In this document: positions 42,085-51,510 of the stretch, piece after piece | Numbering within the stretch: the stretch's first letter is position 1 | How the letters are laid out: each line of letters starts with the position of its first letter | Source of the DNA: an uncultured Chloroflexia bacterium | GTDB lineage: Bacteria; Chloroflexota; Limnocylindria; QHBO01 | Assembly: GCA_963822845.1 (NCBI GenBank) | Contig: CAWGIY010000003.1 | Coordinates: 100,840-164,839 of the forward strand | Length of the DNA: 64,000 nucleotides | Direction of reading: 5' to 3' | Program-made: the position numbers and the translations under genes | The notes under the pieces: model-generated | What the model was told of the DNA's origin: nothing | Databases searched by the model: none | What the model saw: the letters and a program-made list of their open reading frames with translations, nothing else

Positions 42085-42270
42085 GTGACCGCCCCACGGG
42101 CGTATCGGCCACTGATTGGCCGAATTCCCACCCCACGGGAGCCCTGGCGACCGACGTGAGCTGCCTCGGCGCCTGACCCTCCCGTCCCACGGGATTTCGG
42201 CCACTCACTCGCCGATGGTCCCGCCCCACGAGAATCGGCTGAAGCCCGCGTCGGCGGCGGCGAAGTTCGA
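42085..42270 (+). repeat. Imperfect tandem direct repeat (2 x ~93 bp) upstream of the mraZ promoter
   Basis: CCCCACGGG at 42092 and 42131, TCCCACGGG at 42185, CCCCACGAG at 42224 (spacings 39/54/39). Each first box is followed by (T)TCGGCCACT. Units are ~70% identical over 55 nt. Confidence 0.6.
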
Positions 42271-42316
42271 CCCGAGTCGTGGTCGAACTCTCCCATGCGC
42301 GGATGCGCAAAACCCC

Positions 42317-42344
42317 TTGACGGGCAGTCGTTGCCCTGTATAGT
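42317..42344 (+). promoter_or_regulatory. mraZ (dcw) promoter TTGACG-N16-TATAGT
   Basis: TTGACG at 42317-42322 and TATAGT at 42339-42344, 58 nt before the mraZ ATG. Confidence 0.6.
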
Positions 42345-42358
42345 GGCGCCCTGTGGTT

Positions 42359-42407
42359 CCAAATGGGGCCAAATGGGGACTAGTGGTGAACGACAGGCCA
42401 AATGGAG
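42359..42407 (+). promoter_or_regulatory. MraZ operator-like direct repeats with 10-bp periodicity
   Basis: CCAAATGGGG (42359-42368), CCAAATGGGG (42369-42378), ACTAGTGGTG (42379-42388), and CCAAATGGAG (42398-42407) spanning the start codon. Resembles the published TGGGN / GTGGG repeat operator of MraZ. Confidence 0.6.
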
Positions 42408-42851
42408 CGGGCATCCTTCCTCACCGGGGAGTTCCGGCACGCGCTGGACGATCGGGGTCGCGTCGCGGTCCCGGTCCGCTTCCGCCCGCGGCTGGCACAG
42501 GGCGCCACGCTGGCGCGCTGGCTGGATGGCTGCCTGGCCATCTTTCCGTCGGACACCTGGGAGGAGCTGGCGGCCCGCATCCAGGGGCTGCCGACGACCA
42601 ACGCGGCCGCGCGACAGTTCGGCCGCTTCATGAGCTCGGGGGCGGTCGAGGTGGAGCTCGATCGCCAGGGGCGGGTCCTCGTCCCGAGCTACCTGCGCGA
42701 GTACGCCGGCCTGACCGAGAGCGAGGTGGTCGTGGTCGGCGCGCTGAACCGGCTCGAGATCTGGGCACCGACACGGTGGGGTCCGTATCGGTCTCAGATC
42801 GAGGACGAGCCGGAGGCGCTCGCCGAGCACCTCGCCGACCTGGGCATCTGA
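42402..42851 (+). CDS. mraZ: Transcriptional regulator MraZ
   Basis: 149 aa. F.G.F.H.LD.RGRV.VP..FR and a second DRQGR.LVP..LR half (two SpoVT/AbrB-like halves). Confidence 0.92.
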   Translation: MERASFLTGEFRHALDDRGRVAVPVRFRPRLAQGATLARWLDGCLAIFPSDTWEELAARIQGLPTTNAAARQFGRFMSSGAVEVELDRQGRVLVPSYLREYAGLTESEVVVVGALNRLEIWAPTRWGPYRSQIEDEPEALAEHLADLGI

Positions 42852-42921
42852 CGGTGCTTGGGCCATTCATGCGTCTCCGGGCCGGACGGCCCGCCGCTCG
42901 ACACAAGAGGTGCGACGCGCC

Positions 42922-43869
42922 ATGGGAGAAGGGCACCTGCCGGTCCTGGTCGACGAGGTCATTGCCTCGCTCGGCCTTGGTCCAGGCAGCTCCGTGGCGG
43001 ACTGCACGGTCGGCGGCGGTGGGCACGCCGTTCGGATTCTGGAGGCGACGTCTCCGCATGGCCGCCTGCTCGGCCTCGATGCCGACCGGGCGGCCATCGC
43101 GGAGGCGACCTCCGTGCTGGCCACATATGGCGACCGGGTCATCCTGCGCCACGCCAACTTCGAGTCGATCTACGACACGGCGATCGACTCCGGCCTGGCG
43201 CCGGTCGACGCCGTCCTCTTCGACCTCGGCCTCAGCAGCTATCAGCTTGCCGATCCGAGCCGGGGATTCAGCTTCGCGGCCGATGCGCCGCCGGACATGA
43301 GATTCGATGAAACCAGTGGTCTATCGGCTCTCGAGCTCATTGACCGCTCCTCGGAGCGAGAGCTCGCCGGAATCCTCGCGACGTTTGGTGAAGAGCGCCG
43401 TGCAGGCCGCATCGCGAAGGCGATCGTGGCGGCGCGTCAGGAGGGGCGTCTCGTGACCGCGGCTGACCTGGCGTCGGTCGTCGCCGCCGCCTCGCCGGCT
43501 CGACCTGGCGGGGCCGATGCCGGTCGCATCCACCCGGCCACCCGCACGTTCCAGGCGCTGCGGATCGCGGTCAACCGCGAGGTCGAGGTCCTCTCCGCCG
43601 GGCTGGCCGGCGCGCTCGCCGCGCTGCGACCTGGCGGACGCATGGCCGCCATCAGCTACCACAGCCTCGAGGACCGCATCGTCAAGCGCTTCGTGGTTCG
43701 CGAGAGCCGCGACTGCATCGAGGACCCGAAGCCGCCGGTCTGCATCTGCGGCCACCGCGCGCAATTGCGCGCCGTCACCAAGGGCGTCATCACCGCGGGT
43801 GCCGACGAGGTCCGGCGGAACCGCCGCGCGCGCAGCGCGAAGCTGCGCGTCGCCGAGAAGCTCGCGTAG
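42922..43869 (+). CDS. rsmH: 16S rRNA (cytosine1402-N4)-methyltransferase RsmH
   Basis: HLPVLVDEV, DCTVGGGGH, FDLG.SS.QL, RGFSF, HPATRTFQALRI.VN.E, ISYHSLEDRIVK. An alternative GTG start lies at 42910. Confidence 0.92.
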   Translation: MGEGHLPVLVDEVIASLGLGPGSSVADCTVGGGGHAVRILEATSPHGRLLGLDADRAAIAEATSVLATYGDRVILRHANFESIYDTAIDSGLAPVDAVLFDLGLSSYQLADPSRGFSFAADAPPDMRFDETSGLSALELIDRSSERELAGILATFGEERRAGRIAKAIVAARQEGRLVTAADLASVVAAASPARPGGADAGRIHPATRTFQALRIAVNREVEVLSAGLAGALAALRPGGRMAAISYHSLEDRIVKRFVVRESRDCIEDPKPPVCICGHRAQLRAVTKGVITAGADEVRRNRRARSAKLRVAEKLA

Positions 43870-43900
43870 GCGCGGGCACGGAGGAAGGAGGGTCACCCGA

Positions 43901-44113
43901 GTGAGCAAGGGACGATCGCGTCACCAGGCCAGCCGCCGCCGGATGTATTCGGCGCGGCAGCGCGACCTCCGCGAGCGGCGCACGCACGCGGCCCGCGAGG
44001 AGGCCTACTGGCTCAGCGACGAGGTCGCGGCCATCGAGATCGAGGAGGGGGCCAACTTCGAGGCGCCGACGAGCTTCGCCATCGCCACCCGCCGCCGCGC
44101 GACCGCGGCCTAG
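43901..44113 (+). CDS. Small basic hypothetical protein (70 aa) between rsmH and ftsL
   Basis: GTG start 8-12 nt after GGAGGAAGGAGG. Basic N-terminal half and acidic middle. No motif recognised. Confidence 0.45.
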   Translation: MSKGRSRHQASRRRMYSARQRDLRERRTHAAREEAYWLSDEVAAIEIEEGANFEAPTSFAIATRRRATAA

Positions 44114-44136
44114 CACGCGACCGAGCGGACCGAGCC

Positions 44137-44547
44137 ATGGCAGTCATCGGCGCCCGACCGGCCACGAATCCGTGGTTCCTGCCCGGGCGCGGGCGCATCC
44201 GGCCGAGGCGGAGCAGTAGGCCTGCCCGTCGAGGGCGGCGCGGACGAGCTCGGCTGGGCGCATCGGTCGACGTTCGGCCCTTCGTGGTGGCAATCGTGGT
44301 CGCCGCCGCGCTCGCCATCTTCTACCTGAGCCAGTCGACCGGCGTCGCGGCCCGCGGCTACGAGATCGACACCCTGGGACTCACCCTGGCCGATCGCCGC
44401 GCGGAGCAGCAGCAACTGCTGACCGCCGTGGCAGGGGCTCGCTCGCCGGCAGAGGTCACCCGGCGCGCGCGCTTCCAGCTCGGCCTCCAGGCCCTCGACG
44501 GTTCGGCCGTCACGTTCGCCCAGCCCGCGGAAACATCAGCCGATTGA
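44137..44547 (+). CDS. ftsL: FtsL-like cell division protein
   Basis: 136 aa. Basic N-terminus, single TM segment (FVVAIVVAAALAIFYL), then a coiled region. Canonical position before ftsI. Confidence 0.6.
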   Translation: MAVIGARPATNPWFLPGRGRIRPRRSSRPARRGRRGRARLGASVDVRPFVVAIVVAAALAIFYLSQSTGVAARGYEIDTLGLTLADRRAEQQQLLTAVAGARSPAEVTRRARFQLGLQALDGSAVTFAQPAETSAD

Positions 44548-44590
44548 CCCATCTCACGCGGCCGAACGCGGCCGCCGCACGGAGACCGAC

Positions 44591-46381
44591 ATGCTCGCCA
44601 GGACCGACAGCCGTGCCCGCGCCCTGGTCCTTCTCATCGTCGTCGCGTTCGTCGCGTCGGCGATCGGCGCGCGCCTGGTCTGGTGGCAGGTCGTCCAGCA
44701 GCCGTGGCTGTCGGCGATGGCGCTCGGCCAGCTCTCGCAGGTGGAGGATCTGCCGTCCGAGCGCGGCGAGATCACCGATGCCAGCGGCGCGCTGCTGGCG
44801 ACCTCGATCGAGCTCCAGTCGGTCTTCGCCACGCCGCCGCTCATCGACGACCCGGCCCTTGCGGCACGTCTGCTGGCGCCGGTCCTCGACATCTCGTCGG
44901 CCCAGCTCCGCGCACGCCTGGACGGCGAGCGCGACTGGGTCTGGCTGAAGCGGCGCATCAGCCCCGAGGCGGCGGAGCGCGTCCGCTCGCTCGACCTGCG
45001 TGGCATCGGGATGCTTCCCGAGACCCAGCGCGTCTACCCAGTCCAGGGCATCGCCGAGAACACGACGCTGGCGGCCCAGCTGCTCGGATTCGTCGACGTC
45101 GAAGGCCGCGGCCGATACGGAATCGAGGAGGGCGAACACGCGCTGCTCGCCGGGATGCCGGGGAAGGTGAGCGCCCAGGAGGACGTCATCGGCCGGCGGA
45201 TCGCCGATTCGGCGACGCTGCTGCTCGACCCGGTCGACGGCGCGGACCTGCGTCTCACCCTGGACCTCGGCGTCCAGCACATCCTCGAGCAGGCGGTCTG
45301 GGACACCTACCGGTTGAACCGTGCCGCGGGTGCGACCGGCGTGATCATGAACGCCGAGACCGGCGCGATCCTGGCGATGGCCAGCTACCCGTCGTACGAC
45401 GCGAACGACTTCGCCACCACCGACGGCGAGCTTTTCAGCAACCCGGCGGTCGCGCGCCAGTACGAGCCCGGATCGGTCATGAAGGCGTTCACGGTGGCCG
45501 CCGCGCTCGATGCCGGGGCGATCACCACGAAGCAGAAGTTCGTCGACGACAACAACCTGCAGATCGGAGCGGTTCGCATCCAGAACGCCGACCGCTGGGA
45601 TCATCCGTACGGTCACGGACGGATCACCGCCGCCGACGTGCTGGCGCTGTCGAACAACGTCGGCGCGGCGAAGGTCGGCCTCGAGCTCGGGCGCCGGGAG
45701 CTGTACGAGGCGTTCCTGCGCTTCGGCTTCGGCGCGAAGACGGGCATCGAGCTGCACGGCGAGGCCAGCGGCGTGGTCTGGGACCCCGACGGCCCGAACG
45801 CGAGCGGAGACCTCACCGCAGCCCAGAACTCCTTCGGCCAGGGGCTGAGCCTGACCGCGATCCAGCTGGTCGCGGGCTATGCCGCCTTCGCCAACGGCGG
45901 CCACCTCGTGACGCCGCACGTCGTCGCGGGCTGGACCGATCCCGACGGCACGTCCCACGTCGCCGAGCAGCCCCCAGGGGAGCGAATCATGCGAGAGGAG
46001 ACCGCCGAGACGATGATCGAGCTCCTCACGAACGCGATCGACAACGGCATCGCCACCGGCGCCCAGGTTTCGGGCTACACGGTCGCGGGCAAGACCGGCA
46101 CGGCACAGATCGCGGCACCGATCATGGTCGAGGGGCCTGACGGCCAGCTCGTCGAGCGCTGGCAGTACCGCGACGGTTGGGTCGACTCGAGCTTTGTCGG
46201 GCTCCTCCCCGCCGGTGACACGAAGCTCGTGACACTCGTCCTCATCCATCGCCCGGCCGGCGCCGGGGGCCGCACCATGCCCGATCGCCCGGAGAACGTG
46301 TACGCCCGCGTCATGCCACAGGTGCTCGACTACCTCGCCATCCCGCCGGACCGTCCGCCCGAGCCGGTCGCCCAACCGTGA
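44591..46381 (+). CDS. ftsI: Class B penicillin-binding protein / peptidoglycan D,D-transpeptidase FtsI
   Basis: 596 aa. N-terminal TM segment, SxxK (GSVMK), SxN (LSNN), KTG (GKTGTAQ). Confidence 0.88.
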   Translation: MLARTDSRARALVLLIVVAFVASAIGARLVWWQVVQQPWLSAMALGQLSQVEDLPSERGEITDASGALLATSIELQSVFATPPLIDDPALAARLLAPVLDISSAQLRARLDGERDWVWLKRRISPEAAERVRSLDLRGIGMLPETQRVYPVQGIAENTTLAAQLLGFVDVEGRGRYGIEEGEHALLAGMPGKVSAQEDVIGRRIADSATLLLDPVDGADLRLTLDLGVQHILEQAVWDTYRLNRAAGATGVIMNAETGAILAMASYPSYDANDFATTDGELFSNPAVARQYEPGSVMKAFTVAAALDAGAITTKQKFVDDNNLQIGAVRIQNADRWDHPYGHGRITAADVLALSNNVGAAKVGLELGRRELYEAFLRFGFGAKTGIELHGEASGVVWDPDGPNASGDLTAAQNSFGQGLSLTAIQLVAGYAAFANGGHLVTPHVVAGWTDPDGTSHVAEQPPGERIMREETAETMIELLTNAIDNGIATGAQVSGYTVAGKTGTAQIAAPIMVEGPDGQLVERWQYRDGWVDSSFVGLLPAGDTKLVTLVLIHRPAGAGGRTMPDRPENVYARVMPQVLDYLAIPPDRPPEPVAQP

Positions 46382-47826
46382 CCTTGCTAGACTCGAACGA
46401 CGTCCGCAGCGGAGTGCGAGTGCCTCCCACCATCCGCCTCGAGGACCTGCTCGCCGCCACCGGCGGCCGCCTGCACGGGCCTGGCCATGCAGCCTCGTTC
46501 TCGATCACCGGCGCGTCGGTCGACTCGCGCCGCACCACGCCGGGGTCCATCTTCGTCGCGCTCCCCGGTGAGCGCACGGACGGGCATGCCTTCGTGGCCG
46601 ATGCGCTCCGCGCCGGGGCCGCCGGGGCCCTCGTCGAGCGGCCGATCGAGCTTCCCGACGACGTGCGCGACGCTCCGCAGGTCGTCGTGGCCGATGCGCT
46701 CCGCGCGCTCCAGGACCTCGCGGCGTGGTGGCGGTCGCGACATCCGGCGCGGGTCATCGGCATCACCGGCTCGACCGGCAAGACGATCGCGAAGGAGATC
46801 ACCGCCGACGTCCTCTCGCGGGCGCTCGCCACGCTGCGCAACGAGGGCAACCTCAACTCCGAGACCGGTCTCCCGATGACCCTCCTCCGGCTCGAGCCGG
46901 CCCACCAGGCGGCGGTCCTCGAGATGAGCATGTACACCGTCGGCGAGATCGCGCGGCTGGCCGAGATCGCGCGGCCCGAGGTCGGGGTCGTGCTCGCCGT
47001 GCATCCCACGCACCTCGAGCGGGCGGGCAGCATCGACCGAATCGCGAGCGCCAAGGCCGAGCTGCCGGCCGCGCTGCCTCGCGACGGCCTGGCCGTGCTG
47101 AACGCCGACGATCCGCGCGTTGCGGCCATGGCCGGGGTCACGCCGGCCGAGGTGCGCACCTTCGGGCTGGGACCGACCGCGGACGTCGGGGCGGTCGACG
47201 TGCTCGGCCACGGGCTCGCCGGCACCGAGTTCACCGTCCGCGCGCCGTGGGGGACGCGACGGCTGCGGAGCGGTACACCCGGCCGCCACCTGGTCCCGCA
47301 CGCGCTGGCCGCGCTGGCGGTCGCGGAGCGGCTGGGTGTCGGCATGGACGAGGCCGCGGAGGCGCTGGCGGCCGGGAGCCACGCGGACCACCGCATGCAG
47401 GTCGTCGAGGCAGGTTCCGGCGCCACCCTCGTCGACGACACCTACAACGCCTCGCCGGTCAGCGTCGCCGCCGCGCTCGACTTCCTCGCGGAGACGCCGC
47501 TGCCGGCCGGCCGTCGACGGATCGCGGTCCTCGGCGACATGCTCGAGCTCGGGCCGGACGAGGAGCGGATGCACCGGGAGATCGGCGCCCGCGCCGCCGC
47601 CGGCGTGGATGCCATCGTGGCGGTGGGGCCGCGCGGCGCGTGGATCGCGGAGGGCGCGACGGCCGCCGGCGCGACGCGCGTGGCCACCGCCTCGGACGCC
47701 GAGGACGCGGTCATGGTGCTCGAGCGCGACATGGCGCCGGGCGTGGGCGACGTCGTGCTGCTGAAGGCATCGCGCGGCATCGGTCTCGAGCGGGCGGTGG
47801 ACCTGCTGAGCGAGCACGCACCGTGA
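46378..47826 (+). CDS. murF: UDP-N-acetylmuramoyl-tripeptide--D-alanyl-D-alanine ligase
   Basis: 482 aa. DSR...PG.IFVAL.GER.DGH.F, GITGSTGKT, GNLNSETGLP, DDTYNASP. This is the only Mur ligase found at the position where murE-murF normally sit. Confidence 0.85.
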   Translation: MTLLDSNDVRSGVRVPPTIRLEDLLAATGGRLHGPGHAASFSITGASVDSRRTTPGSIFVALPGERTDGHAFVADALRAGAAGALVERPIELPDDVRDAPQVVVADALRALQDLAAWWRSRHPARVIGITGSTGKTIAKEITADVLSRALATLRNEGNLNSETGLPMTLLRLEPAHQAAVLEMSMYTVGEIARLAEIARPEVGVVLAVHPTHLERAGSIDRIASAKAELPAALPRDGLAVLNADDPRVAAMAGVTPAEVRTFGLGPTADVGAVDVLGHGLAGTEFTVRAPWGTRRLRSGTPGRHLVPHALAALAVAERLGVGMDEAAEALAAGSHADHRMQVVEAGSGATLVDDTYNASPVSVAAALDFLAETPLPAGRRRIAVLGDMLELGPDEERMHREIGARAAAGVDAIVAVGPRGAWIAEGATAAGATRVATASDAEDAVMVLERDMAPGVGDVVLLKASRGIGLERAVDLLSEHAP

Positions 47827-48815
47827 ATCTCATCTCGATCGTCGTGGCCCTGCTGCTCGCCTTTGCCGGGATCGTGATCCTGGCGCCGATCTACATCGGC
47901 CTCCTCCAGCGGCTGGGTTACGGGAAGCAGATCCGCTCCGACGGGCCGGAGGCGCACTACGGCAAGGCCGGCACGCCGACGATGGGCGGAATGCTCGTCG
48001 TCGTCGTGGTCCTCTTCCTGGCCATGGCCCTGCGCCTCGAGGGTCCGGCCACGCTGACGCCGATGCTGACGCTGGTCGGCGTCGGCATCCTCGGTGCGAT
48101 CGACGACTTCGTGAACGCCCGCAGCGGCATCGGGATGCGCGGCCGCTGGAAGCTCGTGTGGCAGACCGCGGTCGCCATCCTCGCCGCCGTCTACCTCTGG
48201 AACCACTACCGCCTGCAGGCCCTGAACATCCCGCTCGTCGGGCAGGTCGAAGTCGCCGCTCCGCTGCTCATCATCTTCATCGCGTTCGTCATCGTCGGCA
48301 CGAGCAACGCGGTGAACCTGACCGACGGGCTCGACGGACTGGCCGGCGGGGTCCTCATCTTCAGCTTCGTCGCCTACCTGCTCATCAGCCTCGTCCCGGT
48401 GGCGGGCATCAAGGTCGCGCACCCCAACCTGGCGATCTTCTGCGCGCTCGTGATCGGTGCGCTGATGGGCTTCCTGTGGTTCAACGTCCACCCTGCGCAG
48501 ATCTTCATGGGGGATTCCGGAGCGCTCGCCCTCGGCGCGACGCTCGCCGTCACCGCCACGGTGAACGGCCAGCTGCCGCTGCTCCTGGTCGTCGGCATCG
48601 TCTTCTTCGCCGTGATCATGAGCGTGGTGATCCAGGTGCTCAGCTACCGCATTCGCGGTCGACGCGTCTTCCGCATGACGCCGCTGCACCACCACTTCGA
48701 GCTCATCGGCTGGGCGGAGGAGAAGATCACGCTGCGCTTCTGGATCGTGGCGGCACTGGCCGGGCTGCTCGGCGTCAGCCTCTTCCTGTACACGTACCAC
48801 GTGCAGGGGCTGTAG
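47823..48815 (+). CDS. mraY: Phospho-N-acetylmuramoyl-pentapeptide transferase
   Basis: 330 aa. K.GTPTMGG, NAVNLTDGLDGLA, FLWFN..PA.IFMGD.G.LALG, HHHFE. GTGA overlap with murF. Confidence 0.93.
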   Translation: MNLISIVVALLLAFAGIVILAPIYIGLLQRLGYGKQIRSDGPEAHYGKAGTPTMGGMLVVVVVLFLAMALRLEGPATLTPMLTLVGVGILGAIDDFVNARSGIGMRGRWKLVWQTAVAILAAVYLWNHYRLQALNIPLVGQVEVAAPLLIIFIAFVIVGTSNAVNLTDGLDGLAGGVLIFSFVAYLLISLVPVAGIKVAHPNLAIFCALVIGALMGFLWFNVHPAQIFMGDSGALALGATLAVTATVNGQLPLLLVVGIVFFAVIMSVVIQVLSYRIRGRRVFRMTPLHHHFELIGWAEEKITLRFWIVAALAGLLGVSLFLYTYHVQGL

Positions 48816-48823
48816 GCGGACCG

Positions 48824-50245
48824 ATGATGACCACGCCCTCCACGCCGATCCGGTCCGCCCACGACCTTCGCGGTCGTCGCGCGGTCGTGCTCGGGCTCGC
48901 CCGCTCCGGCGTCGCCGCCAGCCGCTTCCTCGCCGATGCCGGCGCGGTGGTCGCGGCCTACGACCGGCGACCCGCCACCGAGCTGGCCGATGCCATCACC
49001 GCCCTGGGCGCTCGCCCGGTGCGCCTAGCCCTCGGCGTCGGCGAGGCCGAGGCGGCGGCGCTCATCGAGCACGCCGACCTGCTGGTGACCAGTCCCTCGG
49101 TGTCGGCCCGCTTCCCGACGACCGACCCCTGGCTGCGCGAGGCGCTCGGCGCCGCCGAGGCGCGCGGTGCGGAGGTCATCAGCGAGGTCGACCTCTTCAT
49201 GCGTCTCACCCGCGCGCGCCTGGTCGGGGTGACCGGCACGAAGGGCAAGACGACGACCGCCTCGCTGCTGGCGGCGATGCTGGAGGCCGGCGGCATCCCG
49301 GCGACCCTCGGCGGGAACATCGGGACACCGCTGGTCGAGCGGTCGCTCGAGCTGGGGCCCAACGACTGGGTCGTGCTCGAGCTGTCCGAGCTCCAGCTCC
49401 CGACGATCAGCCGTGGCGTCGACGTCGCGCTGTACACGAACATCGCCGAGGACCACCTCGACCGGCACGGCAGCGTGGAGGCCTACCGCGCGGTCAAGGC
49501 GCGGCTGGCCGAGCTCACCGTGCCGGGCGGACGGGTCGTGCTCAACCGCGACGACCCCGGCTGCCGCGAGCTCGGGGAGCGCCTGCCGCCGGACGCGCTG
49601 GCGTGGTACGGCCTGGAGGACCCGGACAGCGGGGGGACCGATGCCTCGCTCGATGACGGCTGGGTGACGGTCGGAGGTGAGCGGGTCGTGGTTGCCGCCG
49701 AGGTTCGGCTCCCCGGGCGCCACATGCTGGCCGACGTCCTCGGCGCCGCCCTCGCTGCGTCGCTGGTCGGCGCCGGGACCGATGCCATCGCCCGCGTCGC
49801 ACGGACCTTCGCCGGCGTCTCGCATCGGCTCGAGACGATCGCCGAGCACGATGGCGTGCGCTGGATCAACGACTCGCAGGCGACGATCCCGCAGGCGGCG
49901 ATCGCGGCGCTGGAAGCCTTCGACGCGCCGATCGTCCTCATCGCCGGCGGGAAGGACAAGGGCCTCGAGTACCGCTCCTTCGCCGATGCGATCGCGGTGC
50001 ACGGCCGCGTGGTCGTGCTCATCGGCGAGACGGCGGGGGAGCTCGAGGCGCTCATCGCGGCGCGGGTGCCGGTGCGCCGCGCGGCCTCGATGGAGGAGGC
50101 GGTGGCGATCGCGGCCGAGGCGGCGCGGCCGGGCGACGTCGTGCTGCTCTCGCCGGCGGCCGCCAGCTTCGACATGTTCGTCGACTACGCCGCCCGCGGC
50201 GACGCGTTCCGCGCGGCGGTCATCGGGCTGGGGGAGCGGGCATGA
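48824..50245 (+). CDS. murD: UDP-N-acetylmuramoylalanine--D-glutamate ligase
   Basis: 473 aa. GLARSG.A..RFL...GA, GVTGTKGKTTT, HRLE....DGV.W.NDS.AT, SPA.ASFD.F. Confidence 0.9.
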   Translation: MMTTPSTPIRSAHDLRGRRAVVLGLARSGVAASRFLADAGAVVAAYDRRPATELADAITALGARPVRLALGVGEAEAAALIEHADLLVTSPSVSARFPTTDPWLREALGAAEARGAEVISEVDLFMRLTRARLVGVTGTKGKTTTASLLAAMLEAGGIPATLGGNIGTPLVERSLELGPNDWVVLELSELQLPTISRGVDVALYTNIAEDHLDRHGSVEAYRAVKARLAELTVPGGRVVLNRDDPGCRELGERLPPDALAWYGLEDPDSGGTDASLDDGWVTVGGERVVVAAEVRLPGRHMLADVLGAALAASLVGAGTDAIARVARTFAGVSHRLETIAEHDGVRWINDSQATIPQAAIAALEAFDAPIVLIAGGKDKGLEYRSFADAIAVHGRVVVLIGETAGELEALIAARVPVRRAASMEEAVAIAAEAARPGDVVLLSPAAASFDMFVDYAARGDAFRAAVIGLGERA

Positions 50246-51510
50246 CCGCCGCCACGATCGCCGTCGGCAGGCGGCGCACGGCGGGCACCAAGACCGGCGT
50301 CCGGCGCGACCGGCATGAGCCGGCGTACGCGCTGCTGCTGGCGGTCATGGCGCTCACCGCCATCGGCATCGTCATGGTCTATTCGGCGTCGAGCGTCCGC
50401 TCCTACATCAACAGCGCCGACCCGGCAGCGCAGGGGCTCGAGCAGCTCGTCTGGGCCGGCATCGGCATCACCGGCCTGGTGGTGGCGATGCGGCTCGACT
50501 TCCGCCACCTGCGCTACCTGGCGATCCCGATCTACGTCATCACCCTGGTCCTGCTGGTCATCGTGCTGATCCCGGGGATCGGTGCGGAGATCAACGGCTC
50601 GCGACGCTGGATCGTCATCCCCGGCGTCGGAACGCTCCAGCCGGCCGAGTTCGCGAAGCTGGCCGTCGTCCTGTACCTCGCGCACTGGCTCGACCGGCGG
50701 GGACGTGCCGTCCGCTCGTTCTGGAACGGGCTCATCCCGTTCGCAATGCTCGTCGCGCCCGGCTTCTTCCTCATTGCCGCCGAGCCCGACCTCGGGACCG
50801 CCGGGGTGTACGTGGTCGTGGCGGTCAGCATCTTCTTCATGGCCGGCGCGAACCTGCTGTACCTGAGCGCGATCACCGCGGGCGTGATCGCGTCGGCGTG
50901 GCTGATGATCAACGCCACGAGCTATCAGCTCGAGCGGGTGCAGACCTTCCTCGACCCGTTCCGCGACCCGCTTGGGAGCGGCTACAACACGATCCAGGCA
51001 CTGCTCGCGCTCGGCCTGGGCGGGCTCACCGGCCTCGGCCTCGGGGAGAGCCGCCAGAAGTTCCTCTACCTCCCGGCCCCCTCGACGGACTTCATCTTCG
51101 CGATCATCGGCGAGGAGTGGGGCCTGGTCGGCACGCTGACCGTGGTCGCGCTCTTCGTCGTCATTGCGTTCCAGGGCTACCGGATCGCGATCAACGCTCC
51201 GGACACGTTCAGCGGGCTCGTGGCCTGTGGCATCACGACCTGGCTGGTGGTGCAGGCCTGCGTCAACATGATGGTCGTCACCGCGCTCCTGCCGGTGACG
51301 GGCATCCCGCTCCCGTTCATCAGCGCCGGCGGATCGGCGCTGACCATCAACCTGGCGGCGGTCGGCATCCTCCTGTCGATCAGCCGCGAGACCAGTCAGA
51401 CAGGATCCATGCTCGATGCGGTGTTTGGTGTCGGGCGGCGGGACAGGCGGGCACGTGTACCCCGCGCTGGCCGTCGCGCGAGCGCTCCGCGACGCGCGAA
51501 GCGACGTTGA
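50242..51510 (+). CDS. ftsW: SEDS-family peptidoglycan glycosyltransferase FtsW
   Basis: 422 aa, ~10 TM segments. QPAEFAKLA, PDLGTA, TDFIFA.IGEE.G, PLPFISAGGS. The last ~30 codons are Arg-rich and overlap murG by 95 nt. Confidence 0.88.
   Translation: MTAATIAVGRRRTAGTKTGVRRDRHEPAYALLLAVMALTAIGIVMVYSASSVRSYINSADPAAQGLEQLVWAGIGITGLVVAMRLDFRHLRYLAIPIYVITLVLLVIVLIPGIGAEINGSRRWIVIPGVGTLQPAEFAKLAVVLYLAHWLDRRGRAVRSFWNGLIPFAMLVAPGFFLIAAEPDLGTAGVYVVVAVSIFFMAGANLLYLSAITAGVIASAWLMINATSYQLERVQTFLDPFRDPLGSGYNTIQALLALGLGGLTGLGLGESRQKFLYLPAPSTDFIFAIIGEEWGLVGTLTVVALFVVIAFQGYRIAINAPDTFSGLVACGITTWLVVQACVNMMVVTALLPVTGIPLPFISAGGSALTINLAAVGILLSISRETSQTGSMLDAVFGVGRRDRRARVPRAGRRASAPRRAKRR

Noticed and set aside
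42104-42116. GCCACTG, reminiscent of the cobalamin-riboswitch B12 box, inside the tandem repeat upstream of mraZ
   Set aside because: It is an isolated heptamer without the rest of the riboswitch consensus. The second repeat unit has CCACTC instead, and the downstream genes are unrelated to B12.
51416-51510. ftsW/murG 95-nt overlap as a definite frameshift
   Set aside because: No alternative frame provides an earlier stop for ftsW, so a genuine overlap cannot be excluded. It is reported only as a caveat inside the dcw finding.
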